The notes under the pieces: model-generated | What the model saw: the letters and a program-made list of their open reading frames with translations, nothing else | Database searches by the model: none | Told to the model about the DNA's origin: nothing | Source of the DNA: Candidatus Zixiibacteriota bacterium | GTDB taxonomy: Bacteria; Zixibacteria; MSB-5A5; UBA10806 | Length of the DNA: 64,000 bases | Direction of reading: 5' to 3' | Assembly (NCBI GenBank): GCA_020348065.1 | Contig: CP070742.1 | Coordinates: 312,494 to 376,493 of the forward strand | Position numbers and translations under genes: made by a program | Shown: piece by piece, positions 28,068 to 37,800 of the stretch | How positions within the stretch are numbered: position 1 is the stretch's first letter | How the letters are laid out: the number at the start of each line of letters is the position of its first letter

Positions 28068-29930
28068 ATGGGTGATACGGCTCTCTCGCAAATGGCCCTG
28101 ACAGTATCTCTGGCGCTGTTATTCGGAATAATAATACATTCCCTGGCGGAGCATCTTCGAATACCCAGCATTGTCTTGCTATTGAGCGCGGGGGCGCTGC
28201 TCGGCCCCGATTTGCTGGGCTGGATAAAACCTGAATCCGTCAGGTTTGTCCTGCCTTCCATGATAGGCTACGCCGTGGCGGTAATTCTTTTCGAAGGAGG
28301 GATGAACCTTGAATTGAAGCGGTTGCGTCGAGAATCAACGGTGTTAAGACGTCTTGTCACGTACGGCGCTTTCATCACCGCCGCCGGGGGAACATTCGCC
28401 GCAAGGGTGATAATGGGTTGGGACTGGAATATTGCGGTGCTTTTCGGTACCCTGGTAATCGTGACCGGGCCCACAGTAATTACACCTATTCTGCGGCGAA
28501 TCAAACTGAATCAAAATCTGCATACCCTGCTTGAAGCCGAAGGGATCCTCATCGATCCTATCGGGGCCATAATTGCGATAGGCGTTCTGGAGGTGGTGCT
28601 GCACCCCTCGGAGCATTCATTCCTTTACAGCATAATTGACGCATTTTTGCGGATCGGCGCCGGTACCCTTCTGGGAATCGCAGGCGGATTCATAATTGTT
28701 GTTGTCCTGAGACCCAAAAATATAATACCGGAAGGCCTGGAAAACGTTTTCACTCTGGCGGCGGTGCTGGCTCTCTTCCAGTTGTCCGATCTCCTGATGC
28801 CGGAAAGCGGTATCGCCGCCGTCACGATAGCCGGATTGGTCGTGGGAAATTTCTGCCGGCGAATCCTCCGCGATCTGAGAGAATTTAAAGAACAGTTAAC
28901 CGTTCTATTAATAGCCATGCTTTTCATTCTTCTGGCCGCCGATGTTCGGTTTGAGGAGATCGCCCTCCTCGGGCGCTCAGGAATAATTACGGTAGTGTTC
29001 CTTATGATAATTGTAAGACCGATCAGCATTTTGATATGTACGCTCGGAATGAAAATGAAAATACGGGATCGGGCTTTCCTGAGCTGGCTTGCGCCACGGG
29101 GAATTGTGGCCGCCGCCATAGCCTCATTCTTCGCGGTCGCTCTTAACAACGCGGACATTCCGGGAGGCGACTCATTGCGGGCCCTGGTTTTCCTTGTTAT
29201 TGCGGTTACCGTAACCGTACAGGGATTATCCGCCGGAATGATCGCTCGCCTGTTAAAAATACGCCGGGAGACAAACAGCGGTTATGCCATACTGGGGGCT
29301 AACGAGTTGGCAAGAGCTCTGGCTCTGGAATTGAAAAATTATGACGAACGAGTCGTTCTGTTGGATTCAAACGCTGTTGCATGCAACCTGGCCGAAGAGG
29401 AAGGTCTGAAAGTAATTTTCGGAAATGCCATGGACGAACGCGTATTGATACGAGCTCGAATCGAAGATATGGCGGGATGCATTGGATTGACCCCGAATGA
29501 GGAGTTGAATTTATTGTTTGTCAACCGGGCCCGGGAGCAATTCAAGGTGCAGGGCCGCCTGATTTCGATAAGCGAATCCAAGGGACATACGTCTATAGAA
29601 GCCATAAACGAAACCGGGGTATCGGTGTTATTCGGCGCGCCTTATGACGTGGATTTATGGGCGATAAGAATACGCAGAAAAATAGCCCTGGTGGAACGCT
29701 GGAGGTTCGAACCGGACGATAAAGACCGGGATACGATTCCGATCTCCGATATACCGTTTCAAAGTCTCGTTCCGCTGGTAATACTGCGAAAGGGAAATCC
29801 CTTACCGGTTGATAACAGCATAGAGTTCCGGCCAAACGATCAGGTATCTTTTATTGTGTTTAAGGAAATGCAGGATGATGCCCGAGGATGGTTCGGGCAA
29901 AACGGATGGATTCCATCTCCCGGGCAATAA
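28068..29930 (+). CDS. Cation:proton antiporter (CPA1/NhaP type) with C-terminal RCK/TrkA-N-like domain
   Basis: 620 aa with a polytopic Na+/H+ exchanger region. Followed by GYAILGANELARALALELKNYDERVVLLDSN, a Rossmann-like RCK motif. Confidence 0.8.
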   Translation: MGDTALSQMALTVSLALLFGIIIHSLAEHLRIPSIVLLLSAGALLGPDLLGWIKPESVRFVLPSMIGYAVAVILFEGGMNLELKRLRRESTVLRRLVTYGAFITAAGGTFAARVIMGWDWNIAVLFGTLVIVTGPTVITPILRRIKLNQNLHTLLEAEGILIDPIGAIIAIGVLEVVLHPSEHSFLYSIIDAFLRIGAGTLLGIAGGFIIVVVLRPKNIIPEGLENVFTLAAVLALFQLSDLLMPESGIAAVTIAGLVVGNFCRRILRDLREFKEQLTVLLIAMLFILLAADVRFEEIALLGRSGIITVVFLMIIVRPISILICTLGMKMKIRDRAFLSWLAPRGIVAAAIASFFAVALNNADIPGGDSLRALVFLVIAVTVTVQGLSAGMIARLLKIRRETNSGYAILGANELARALALELKNYDERVVLLDSNAVACNLAEEEGLKVIFGNAMDERVLIRARIEDMAGCIGLTPNEELNLLFVNRAREQFKVQGRLISISESKGHTSIEAINETGVSVLFGAPYDVDLWAIRIRRKIALVERWRFEPDDKDRDTIPISDIPFQSLVPLVILRKGNPLPVDNSIEFRPNDQVSFIVFKEMQDDARGWFGQNGWIPSPGQ

Positions 29931-29987
29931 CTAAAACTCACCCCAAAAATCATCCTATCATACGACTAAATGGAATATTACATAATC

Positions 29988-30016
29988 TTGACATTTATCG
30001 TATTTGGCGATATAAT
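29988..30016 (+). promoter_or_regulatory. Consensus sigma-70 promoter TTGACA-17 nt-TATAAT
   Basis: TTGACA at 29988-29993, an exact 17-nt spacer, TATAAT at 30011-30016. About 150 nt upstream of the kinase start. Confidence 0.6.
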
Positions 30017-30169
30017 AGATGTTTGAGGTAATAAGGATCATACTTAATTGATTTTTTCAGAAACATTTAAAGAACGTGACGCCGCCGCAAAGATTTAAAT
30101 TTCAAATGACATGACCGGGATTCCAATAAAAAGGACGATTCGATAATAGAACCGCAGTAGTCTTCAGGA

Positions 30170-31882
30170 ATGAATATGTCGATCTCAAAGCAAAGAACTG
30201 TCGAGGATTTCCGTTTCCTGTCGCGTCGAATAATGGAATGCGCCAATCGCGGTATTCCAAAGGTCGAATTCCTTCATGAGATCGTGAAGATCCTGCTTGA
30301 ATTTACCGGCTGCGAAACTGCGGAGTTGTGGCTGAAAGAAAGCGACAAATATATTCATTGCGGGATCGATTATCAATCGGATGCCGCCTTTAAGTACGAA
30401 ATTGCTGATAAAAAAGACCACGATGATGGCGCTTCGTCTCCCTTTTTCGAAGAATCCTCCGTTATCAATCAGTTGATAGTCAACGTGATTCAAAAAAAAT
30501 TCGATGACTCTCTGGCTTTTTTCACCAAAAACGGGAGTTTCTGGACGGGAAATATGAAGTCAGACCTGCACGCCGCCATAAAATCCGGGGAAAAAAGTAG
30601 CGACCAAAATCTCGGTGTTGATAATTCGTATAATTCCCTGGCGTTGATTCCGCTGGTTGTGGGCGATGATTGTATAGGCCTTCTGCAATTTATGTGTTTG
30701 AAAAATGATTATTTTACGAAAAATGATATCGAGCATTTTGAGATCACCGCCGAAACAATCGGCGTTACGTTGGTTAACGAGAGAGCCCAGGCGGCGTTAC
30801 GTGAACGGGTCAAAGAACTGACTTGCTTATATAGTATTTCCCAGGTGGTTGATCGAAAAGGTATATCACTGGGTGAGATACTAAAAGGAATCGCCGATCT
30901 TTTGCCTCCGGCATGGCAATATCCGGAAATCACCGCTGGCAGAATAATACTCGATGACCAGATGTATTCCACCCCCGGTTTTCAGTCCGATAAACAGAAA
31001 CAGGAAGCGGACATCATCATAAATGGAATTCGGCGAGGCAGGATTGAAGTCGTATATCTGGAGGAAAAACCCGATCTGGATGAAGGACCTTTTTTGAGAG
31101 AGGAACGAAGCCTGGTTGACGCCATCGCCCGGCAGGTGGCGCTTATCGTGGAACGCAGAGAGGCGGAAGAGGAAAGATCGAAACTGCAGGAACAGCTCAG
31201 ACATGCGGATCGCCTGGCCACCCTCGGTCAGCTTGCAGCCGGAATAGCCCATGAAATCAACGAGCCCCTGGGAAGCGTACTCGGTTTCGCTCAACTGCTG
31301 AAGAAAAATCCCGGGATTTCCAAACAGGCCGTAAAGGACGTATCCAAGATTGAGGACGCTTCTTTACACGCCAGAGAGATTGTAAAAAAACTCATGCTAT
31401 TCGGCCGTCAGATGCCGCCACAAAAAACCGGCGTGGACTTGAATAAATTGGTTGAAGAAGGCCTGTATTTTCTAAAATCCCGCTGCAAAAAATCCGGGAT
31501 TGCCATAAAACTATCGCTGGATAAGAACATTCCCGAAATCCCCGCCGATCAATCGCAAATCTATCAGGTCCTGGTTAATTTGACGGTTAATGCCATGCAG
31601 GCTATGCCCGATGGCGGCGAGCTGACCCTGAAAACCGAATTGAAAGGTCCCTATGTATCTCTTACCGTTATGGATACCGGTGTCGGCATGGACGAAAACA
31701 CCAAAAAGAAAATATTCATGCCGTTTTTCACAACCAAAGATATCGGCGAAGGCACCGGCATAGGGCTATCCGTCGTTCATGGAATTGTCACCTCGCATAG
31801 CGGCAAGATTTCATTCCGGAGCGAGGTCGATAAGGGTTCGAGCTTTGAGGTCCAGTTGCCGGTCAAGGAGATTTCTCGATAA
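30170..31882 (+). CDS. Cytoplasmic GAF-domain sensor histidine kinase
   Basis: 570 aa with no obvious TM segment. H-box AAGIAHEINEPLGSV, N-box LVNLTVNAMQAM, G-boxes MDTGVGM and GTGIGLSVVHGIV. Confidence 0.85.
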   Translation: MNMSISKQRTVEDFRFLSRRIMECANRGIPKVEFLHEIVKILLEFTGCETAELWLKESDKYIHCGIDYQSDAAFKYEIADKKDHDDGASSPFFEESSVINQLIVNVIQKKFDDSLAFFTKNGSFWTGNMKSDLHAAIKSGEKSSDQNLGVDNSYNSLALIPLVVGDDCIGLLQFMCLKNDYFTKNDIEHFEITAETIGVTLVNERAQAALRERVKELTCLYSISQVVDRKGISLGEILKGIADLLPPAWQYPEITAGRIILDDQMYSTPGFQSDKQKQEADIIINGIRRGRIEVVYLEEKPDLDEGPFLREERSLVDAIARQVALIVERREAEEERSKLQEQLRHADRLATLGQLAAGIAHEINEPLGSVLGFAQLLKKNPGISKQAVKDVSKIEDASLHAREIVKKLMLFGRQMPPQKTGVDLNKLVEEGLYFLKSRCKKSGIAIKLSLDKNIPEIPADQSQIYQVLVNLTVNAMQAMPDGGELTLKTELKGPYVSLTVMDTGVGMDENTKKKIFMPFFTTKDIGEGTGIGLSVVHGIVTSHSGKISFRSEVDKGSSFEVQLPVKEISR

Positions 31883-31898
31883 AGGGGAATTGAATACA

Positions 31899-33236
31899 AT
31901 GTCTCGCGACGAAAAAAAAGAAAGTATCCTGGTTGTTGATGATGCTCCCGACACGCTGGAGTTGCTCAAGAGAAATTTGACGTCTCAGGGCTATAAGGTT
32001 TACACCTCATCCGGGGTTTCCGGGGCCATAAAAATACTGGAGTCCGCGCATATTGACCTGGTTATTACCGACCTTAAGATGCCGGAAATCAGCGGACTCG
32101 ATCTGGTAAAGCATGTCAGGGAAAATTTTAAAAACACCGAGGTGATGATGATCACCGGGTACGCCTCTGTCAACGGCGCAGTCGAAGCCGTAAAAAGCGG
32201 CGCCGAGGAGTACCTCGCCAAACCGTTTACCGACCAGGAACTTTTTTCCGCGGTCAGGAGCGTGATCGAAAAACTTCACATAAGAAGATCGACAAACTCG
32301 GTAACGATCCCGCAGAAATATGATACGTACGGTCTTCTGGGAAAATCAGACGCCATGAACGAGGTTTTCAGGGCCATACCAAAGATATCAAGCTCCAACG
32401 CCAACGTTTTGATAACCGGGGAAAGCGGCACCGGAAAGGAATTGGTCGCCAGAGCGATTCACTATAACAGTGGCCGCGCGTCGTCTCCTTTTGTGCCGGT
32501 AAATTGCGGGGGAATCCCGGAGGGGCTTCTGGAGAGCGAGCTTTTCGGATATGTTAAGGGAGCTTTTACAGGGGCTACCGAATCCCGGGCGGGGTTCTTT
32601 CAGACGGCCGACGGAGGCACGATTTTTCTCGACGAAATAGGCGAGATGAGCTTGTCAATGCAGGTAAAACTGCTGCGAGTTTTGCAGGATAAAGAAGTCT
32701 GCATGGTGGGGGCAACTAAAACGCGCAAAGTGGATGTAAGGATTCTGACCGCGACCAATAAAGATTTGTTCGGATTGGTCAAAAAGGGCGTTTTCAGGGA
32801 AGACCTTTTTTTCCGGCTGCATGTTATTACAATCTCCATCCCTCCCCTGCGCGATAGAAAAGACGATATCCTTTTCCTGGCGCAACACTTCGCGGACAAA
32901 TACGCCAAAGAAATGGGAATAGCCGCGCCCCGGTTCGGCGAAAAGGCGCTGGAGGTTATAAGAAACTACAACTGGCCCGGAAATGTAAGGGAGCTCGAAA
33001 ACGTCATACAGAGACTCATAGTTATGAACGAGGGGGAACCGATCGAAGTCCCCGATCTCCCTTCCCTCATGCGTTTTTCCGCGCTCCGCGAAACCGGGCT
33101 TACGCGAACCCTTGAGGATGTCGAAACTGAATATATCCGAAACGTTCTGGAAAGCGTTAACGGCAATAAAACTCGAGCCGCCGAAATTTTAGGAATCGAT
33201 CGAAAAACTCTGCGGGAAAAGCTCAAACACCGCTAA
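31899..33236 (+). CDS. Sigma-54-dependent response regulator (NtrC family enhancer-binding protein)
   Basis: Start moved to ATG 31899 (MSRDEKKESILVVDD) because the track ORF start at 31779 overlaps the kinase. Receiver domain (LVITDLKMP). AAA+ Walker A GESGTGKE. GAFTGA motif. ESELFGY. C-terminal Fis-type HTH (NKTRAAEILGIDRKTL). Confidence 0.9.
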   Translation: MSRDEKKESILVVDDAPDTLELLKRNLTSQGYKVYTSSGVSGAIKILESAHIDLVITDLKMPEISGLDLVKHVRENFKNTEVMMITGYASVNGAVEAVKSGAEEYLAKPFTDQELFSAVRSVIEKLHIRRSTNSVTIPQKYDTYGLLGKSDAMNEVFRAIPKISSSNANVLITGESGTGKELVARAIHYNSGRASSPFVPVNCGGIPEGLLESELFGYVKGAFTGATESRAGFFQTADGGTIFLDEIGEMSLSMQVKLLRVLQDKEVCMVGATKTRKVDVRILTATNKDLFGLVKKGVFREDLFFRLHVITISIPPLRDRKDDILFLAQHFADKYAKEMGIAAPRFGEKALEVIRNYNWPGNVRELENVIQRLIVMNEGEPIEVPDLPSLMRFSALRETGLTRTLEDVETEYIRNVLESVNGNKTRAAEILGIDRKTLREKLKHR

Positions 33237-33263
33237 TCTCAGGATTCCTTTCGAGAATTCAGC

Positions 33264-33280
33264 CGGGGAAAAATTCCCCG
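33264..33280 (+). terminator. Hairpin after the regulator gene (weak terminator candidate)
   Basis: cggggaa-aaa-ttccccg, a 7-bp stem lying 28 nt after the stop. There is no U-tract, hence the low confidence. Confidence 0.3.
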
Positions 33281-33419
33281 ACGATTCAAAATCCCCCATT
33301 TCAAGAACATATAAATGTCGATCCGATATCACCATCATAATATCGATAATCTATTGTTAGATATGTAATTATAATGAGGGTGAACTGCTCCCTATTCTCT
33401 TTTCTACCCGAAAGGCCAT

Positions 33420-33435
33420 TGGCATAGCAATTGCT
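33420..33435 (+). promoter_or_regulatory. Sigma-54 (-24/-12) promoter
   Basis: TGGCATAGCAATTGCT against the consensus TGGCACG-N4-TTGCW. GG and GC elements have exact spacing and 14/16 positions match. It lies 86 nt upstream of the first start codon of the downstream operon and about 185 nt downstream of the EBP gene. Confidence 0.75.
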
Positions 33436-33520
33436 TTATACCGGTTATGGAATTGAATGGTTTGATTTTCCTCGATGGCAAGGAGATTACGGATTAAAGG
33501 CGACGTAAGGAGGAAATAAC

Positions 33521-33874
33521 GTGGCAGATACTTTTGAATCTGGCCGACTGCGTTTCAGCAGTAAGGAGGAAAATATCATGGCGGATATTATCGAATACAA
33601 CGACCTTTGCACTACGTGCAATTACGGTCCCGATTGCGTCAGGCGTAAACATCACGGCAAACCGGTGCTGTATTGCGAGGAGTTTGAAGATTATCAGCCC
33701 TCCCCCGAAAAATCCCACAGGGCACTCGCGGATTATGATCCCGGCGAAAAGCTGGAAACATCAAAGCTGGCGACGTCGCGAAGCATGGGTTTATGTGCGT
33801 TCTGCGAAAACCAGGATTTATGCACTATTCCGAAAAATGAGGGAGGCATTTGGCATTGTGAGGAATATCGTTAA
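33521..33874 (+). CDS. Small cysteine-rich protein with two CxxC-x(4-5)-C...CEE[FY] repeats
   Basis: 117 aa from GTG 33521 (TAAGGAGG upstream), or 98 aa from ATG 33578 (AAGGAGG upstream). Repeats are CTTCNYGPDC..VLYCEEFE and CAFCENQDLC..IWHCEEYR. I cannot assign a named family. Confidence 0.6.
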   Translation: MADTFESGRLRFSSKEENIMADIIEYNDLCTTCNYGPDCVRRKHHGKPVLYCEEFEDYQPSPEKSHRALADYDPGEKLETSKLATSRSMGLCAFCENQDLCTIPKNEGGIWHCEEYR

Positions 33875-33929
33875 AAATTTCCGGCTGATCGGAAATTAGG
33901 ACGGTTTTTTTAATTTTGAAAGGATTGAT

Positions 33930-34778
33930 ATGAATCCCGTTAACAGCGATGGTAGCCTGAAGAAACTCGCGGAAGAGCGTGACAGCCTGATTGCCATCCT
34001 TGAAAATATTCAGGCCAAGTATGGCTATTTGCCTGAAGATGCATTAAGAGAGGTTGCCACGGAAACCGGCAGGTCCCTGGTGGATATTTACGGCGTGGCC
34101 ACGTTTTACCGGGCCTTCAGCCTTAAACCGAGAGGTCGACATCTGGTATCGGCATGCCTCGGTACCGCCTGCCATGTGCGCGGCGGCCCGGTTATCGCCA
34201 AGGAAATCGGCAAACAGCTCGATATAAAACCGGGACAGACCGCCTCGGATAATGAATTCACCTTTGAAACCGTGAACTGTCTCGGAGCATGTGCCCTGGG
34301 ACCGGTAGTTGTTGTGGATGGCCACTATTTCCCCAATATGAAGACCTCGATAGTTAAACAGATCCTGGAAAAATCAAAACTGGGTCTTGAAGCGATTGAA
34401 ATTGACACCGATCAACGTGTTTTCCCGGTGGAGGTTAGTTGTTCGAGGTGCAACCACAGCCTGATGGATTCCGGCCATCTTATCGACGGACATCCTTCAA
34501 TTCGCATAACCATATCTTTCGGCAATGTTCATGGCTGGCTTGCTTTGTCGAGCCTTTATGGCAGCTATAACGTTTCCTCTGAATACGAAATTCCTCCTGA
34601 TATAATTGTTAATTTTTTCTGCCCGCATTGCCATGCCGAGCTTTTAGGGGCCTCAAAGTGCGGAGAGTGCGGCGCTCCCATGGTACCGATGATCGTCAGA
34701 GGGGGAGGGGTAGTACAAATTTGTTCTCGCCGGGGCTGCAAAGGTCACATGCTGGATCTGGACGGCGTAAATGTTTAA
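33930..34778 (+). CDS. NuoE/HoxE-like thioredoxin-fold [2Fe-2S] protein with C-terminal Cys4 zinc-ribbon-like extension
   Basis: 282 aa. YGYLPEDALREVA...VATFYRAFSLKP.GRHLVSACLGTACHVRGG...VNCLGACALGPVVVVDG. A C-terminal extension of about 120 aa has the pairs CSRCNH, CPHCHAEL, CGECGAPM and CSRRGCKGH. Confidence 0.8.
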   Translation: MNPVNSDGSLKKLAEERDSLIAILENIQAKYGYLPEDALREVATETGRSLVDIYGVATFYRAFSLKPRGRHLVSACLGTACHVRGGPVIAKEIGKQLDIKPGQTASDNEFTFETVNCLGACALGPVVVVDGHYFPNMKTSIVKQILEKSKLGLEAIEIDTDQRVFPVEVSCSRCNHSLMDSGHLIDGHPSIRITISFGNVHGWLALSSLYGSYNVSSEYEIPPDIIVNFFCPHCHAELLGASKCGECGAPMVPMIVRGGGVVQICSRRGCKGHMLDLDGVNV

Positions 34779-34815
34779 TTGATAAGTTAAATGAAATTGA
34801 CAATGGGATAGAATT

Positions 34816-37800
34816 ATGCAAAGCGTAAAATCGGCAGAGGAATTTTTAGACCTTCGTAAAAGAATCATCACTGATCGAGATTTAAAAATTCCTACTATCG
34901 TAATATCGGCGGGTACCTGCGGACAGGCAAGCGGCGCCAACGATCTTATTCGGGTGGCGAAGCGTGAACTTCTCTTCAAAAGTCTGACCGAGAGAATTCA
35001 TCTCCGTATTACAGGATGCCATGGTTTTTGTGAAATCGAACCGTCTGTGCTGATCGAACCAAGGGGAACGATTTATCCGAAAGTCGGGATAAATGAGATG
35101 GTTCGTATAATTGAAGGCATAGACCAGGGAAGAGTAGTAGAGGATCTTCTATATACAAATCCGGCTACCGGACAGAAAATCGAGAAACAAGCGGATTTAC
35201 CATTTTATAAAAGACAAACCCGCACCATACTATCTCAGAACGAAAAAATCGATCCTATTCGCACCTACAACTACATAGAAAACAATGGCTACTTAGCATT
35301 GGTAAGAGTCCTGCAAAAGAGCGATTCCAAATGGATAATCGAAGAAATTAAGGCCTCAGGCCTTCGGGGCCGCGGGGGAGCGGGATTTCCCACCGGTCTA
35401 AAATGGGAATTTCTGGCTAATCAGTGTGACAGCGGCGAGAAGTATCTTGTATGTAATGCCGATGAGGGTGATCCCGGCGCATATATGGATCGAAGCATCC
35501 TCGAAGGCAACCCTCACAGTGTTATCGAGGGGATGATTATCGGCGCTTATGCCACCGGAGCTACAAAAGGAATTATATACGTTCGTAACGAATACCCGTT
35601 AGCTATCAAGCATCTGGTAATAGCTTTACGACAGGCCCGCGAATTGGGGGTCCTGGGCGATAATATTCTTGGAAGCGGATTTTCATTTGATATCGAACTG
35701 GTAAGGGGCGCGGGTGCCTTCGTTTGCGGTGAAGAAACCGCCCTCATAAGATCTATCGAGGGAAAAATGGGCGAACCGCGTCAACGACCCCCTTTCCCCG
35801 TTCAAAAAGGAATAAACGGCAACCCGACCGCAATAAACAATGTCGAGTCCTGGGCTAATATCCCGGTCATAATAAGGGATACCGCTCGCAAATATTCAAA
35901 AATCGGAACCAAAGGCAACTCGGGCACCAAAATATTCTCCCTGGTTGGAAAGATAAAAAACACCGGCTTGGTGGAGGTTCCGCTGGGCATTAAAATCAGC
36001 GAGGTAATTTACGATATTGGAGGAGGCCCGGTCGGCGACGCTAAAATAAAAGCGGTACAGACCGGGGGGCCGTCCGGCGGCTGTATTCCCGCCAGCATGT
36101 TCGATTTATCCATCGACTATGACAGCCTCACCAAAGCCGGATCCATAATGGGTTCGGGCGGAATGATCGTTATGGATGAGAACACCTGCATGGTCGATGT
36201 CGCCAAATACTTTATGAATTTTCTCAAAGACGAATCCTGCGGCAAATGTTTCACCTGCCGCAAAGGCACTCAGCGAATGTATGAAATTCTGGATGATATC
36301 ACGAAGGGTAACGCCGGGATGGAAGACCTCGACCTTCTCGAGGAACTCGCTTCGGTCGTTAAAGATACAACCATGTGCGGTCTCGGGCATGGCGCTTCAA
36401 ATCCGGTACTGAGCACGTTGCGTTATTTCCGCAGTGAATATATAAGGCATATTGTGGATAAGCGCTGCGACGCTTATGTATGCAAGGATCTGGTGGGGGC
36501 GCCCTGCCAGTCGGCCTGTCCCGTGGGAACCGAACCCTGGAGATACATTGCCCACCTGGCCCGAGGCGAGTATGAAGAAGCCTATCGCGTTATAAGGGAA
36601 ACCAACCCTTTCCCGTCAATATGCGCCCGCGTATGCGACCACAATTGTGAAAACCGATGCAAGCTGGGTACCACCGGGAGCAAGCCTGTGGCGGTAAGGG
36701 CTTTAAAACGGTTTATCGCCGATAGGGTTGATCCGGCAAGTTACCGTCCGGTCAGGCAGCCGACCGCTGAAAACGAATCCAAAAAAGTGGCCGTTGTAGG
36801 TTCCGGCCCGGCGGGGCTTACGACCGCTCATTATCTCTCTCTGAAAGGATATAAAGTAACGATTTTCGAGGCGGACAAGGAGCCGGGGGGAATGTTGCTG
36901 GCCGGAATTCCGGAATATCGCCTCCCCAGAAACGTCCTTCGCAAAGAAATCGAATGCCTTTTGGACGAGAATATAAACGTAAAATGCGAGACAACGTTGG
37001 GCAAGGATTTTACCGCTGATGACCTTTTTAAGGATGGTTTCGGTGCGGTTTTCCTGGCCCTTGGCGCCCATCACAGCAAAAGTATGGGGATAGAGGGAGA
37101 AAACGCGGATGGCATTTATCCTTCCATAAATTTCTTGAGGGAGTTTAACTTTAAAGGGCAAAATTTGGCGAAGGGGCATGTGGGAATAATCGGCGGAGGC
37201 AATTCCGCCATCGATGCTGCGCGTGTCGCCTTAAGACAATCCGACGTGGAAAGCGTTACGATCTTCTATCGCCGGTCGCGGAAGGAAATGCCGGCTTTTC
37301 AGATGGAAATCGACGCGGCGTTGGAAGAGGGAGTGAATCTGCAAACCCTCGTTTCACCGACCGGAATAATATCTGAAAATGGCCGTTTATCGAAGGTTGA
37401 ATTTATACGTAACGAGCTCGGTAAACCGGATGCCAGCGGCCGCCGCAGCTTTAGAGAAATACCGGGCTCCGAATTCAGCGCCCCGCTGGATACCCTGATA
37501 GTCGCCATTGGCGAACAGATGTATCCATACGCTCTCGACGGTTCGTCCGGAATCGAGACAGTCAGAGGCGGCGCCATAGCTATCGATGAGAATAATCTTT
37601 CAACCAAACGTGAAGGCGTGTTCGCTGGCGGCGATGTTGTTACCGGTCCCAACAGTGTTATCAACGCTATCGCGACCGGCAAAAAGGCGGCTCATATAAT
37701 CGACTGCTATCTGAATGAAAGGCCGATGATTATACCGGCGGAGAAGAGATTGCCGGAAGTCTACGTGGAGCCCGTTGCCGTCTCTCCTGAAGATCAGGGA

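Noticed and set aside
28625-29158. 177-aa minus-strand ORF inside the antiporter gene
   Set aside because: It is an Arg-rich antisense shadow with no motif.
31779-31898. N-terminal 40-codon extension of the response regulator ORF
   Set aside because: It overlaps the 3' end of the kinase gene in another frame. The receiver domain begins right after ATG 31899.
33534-33899. 121-aa ORF overlapping the small Cys-rich gene in another frame
   Set aside because: It has no SD sequence and a basic low-complexity translation. The overlapping frame has a clear internal repeat structure and two SD-start pairs.
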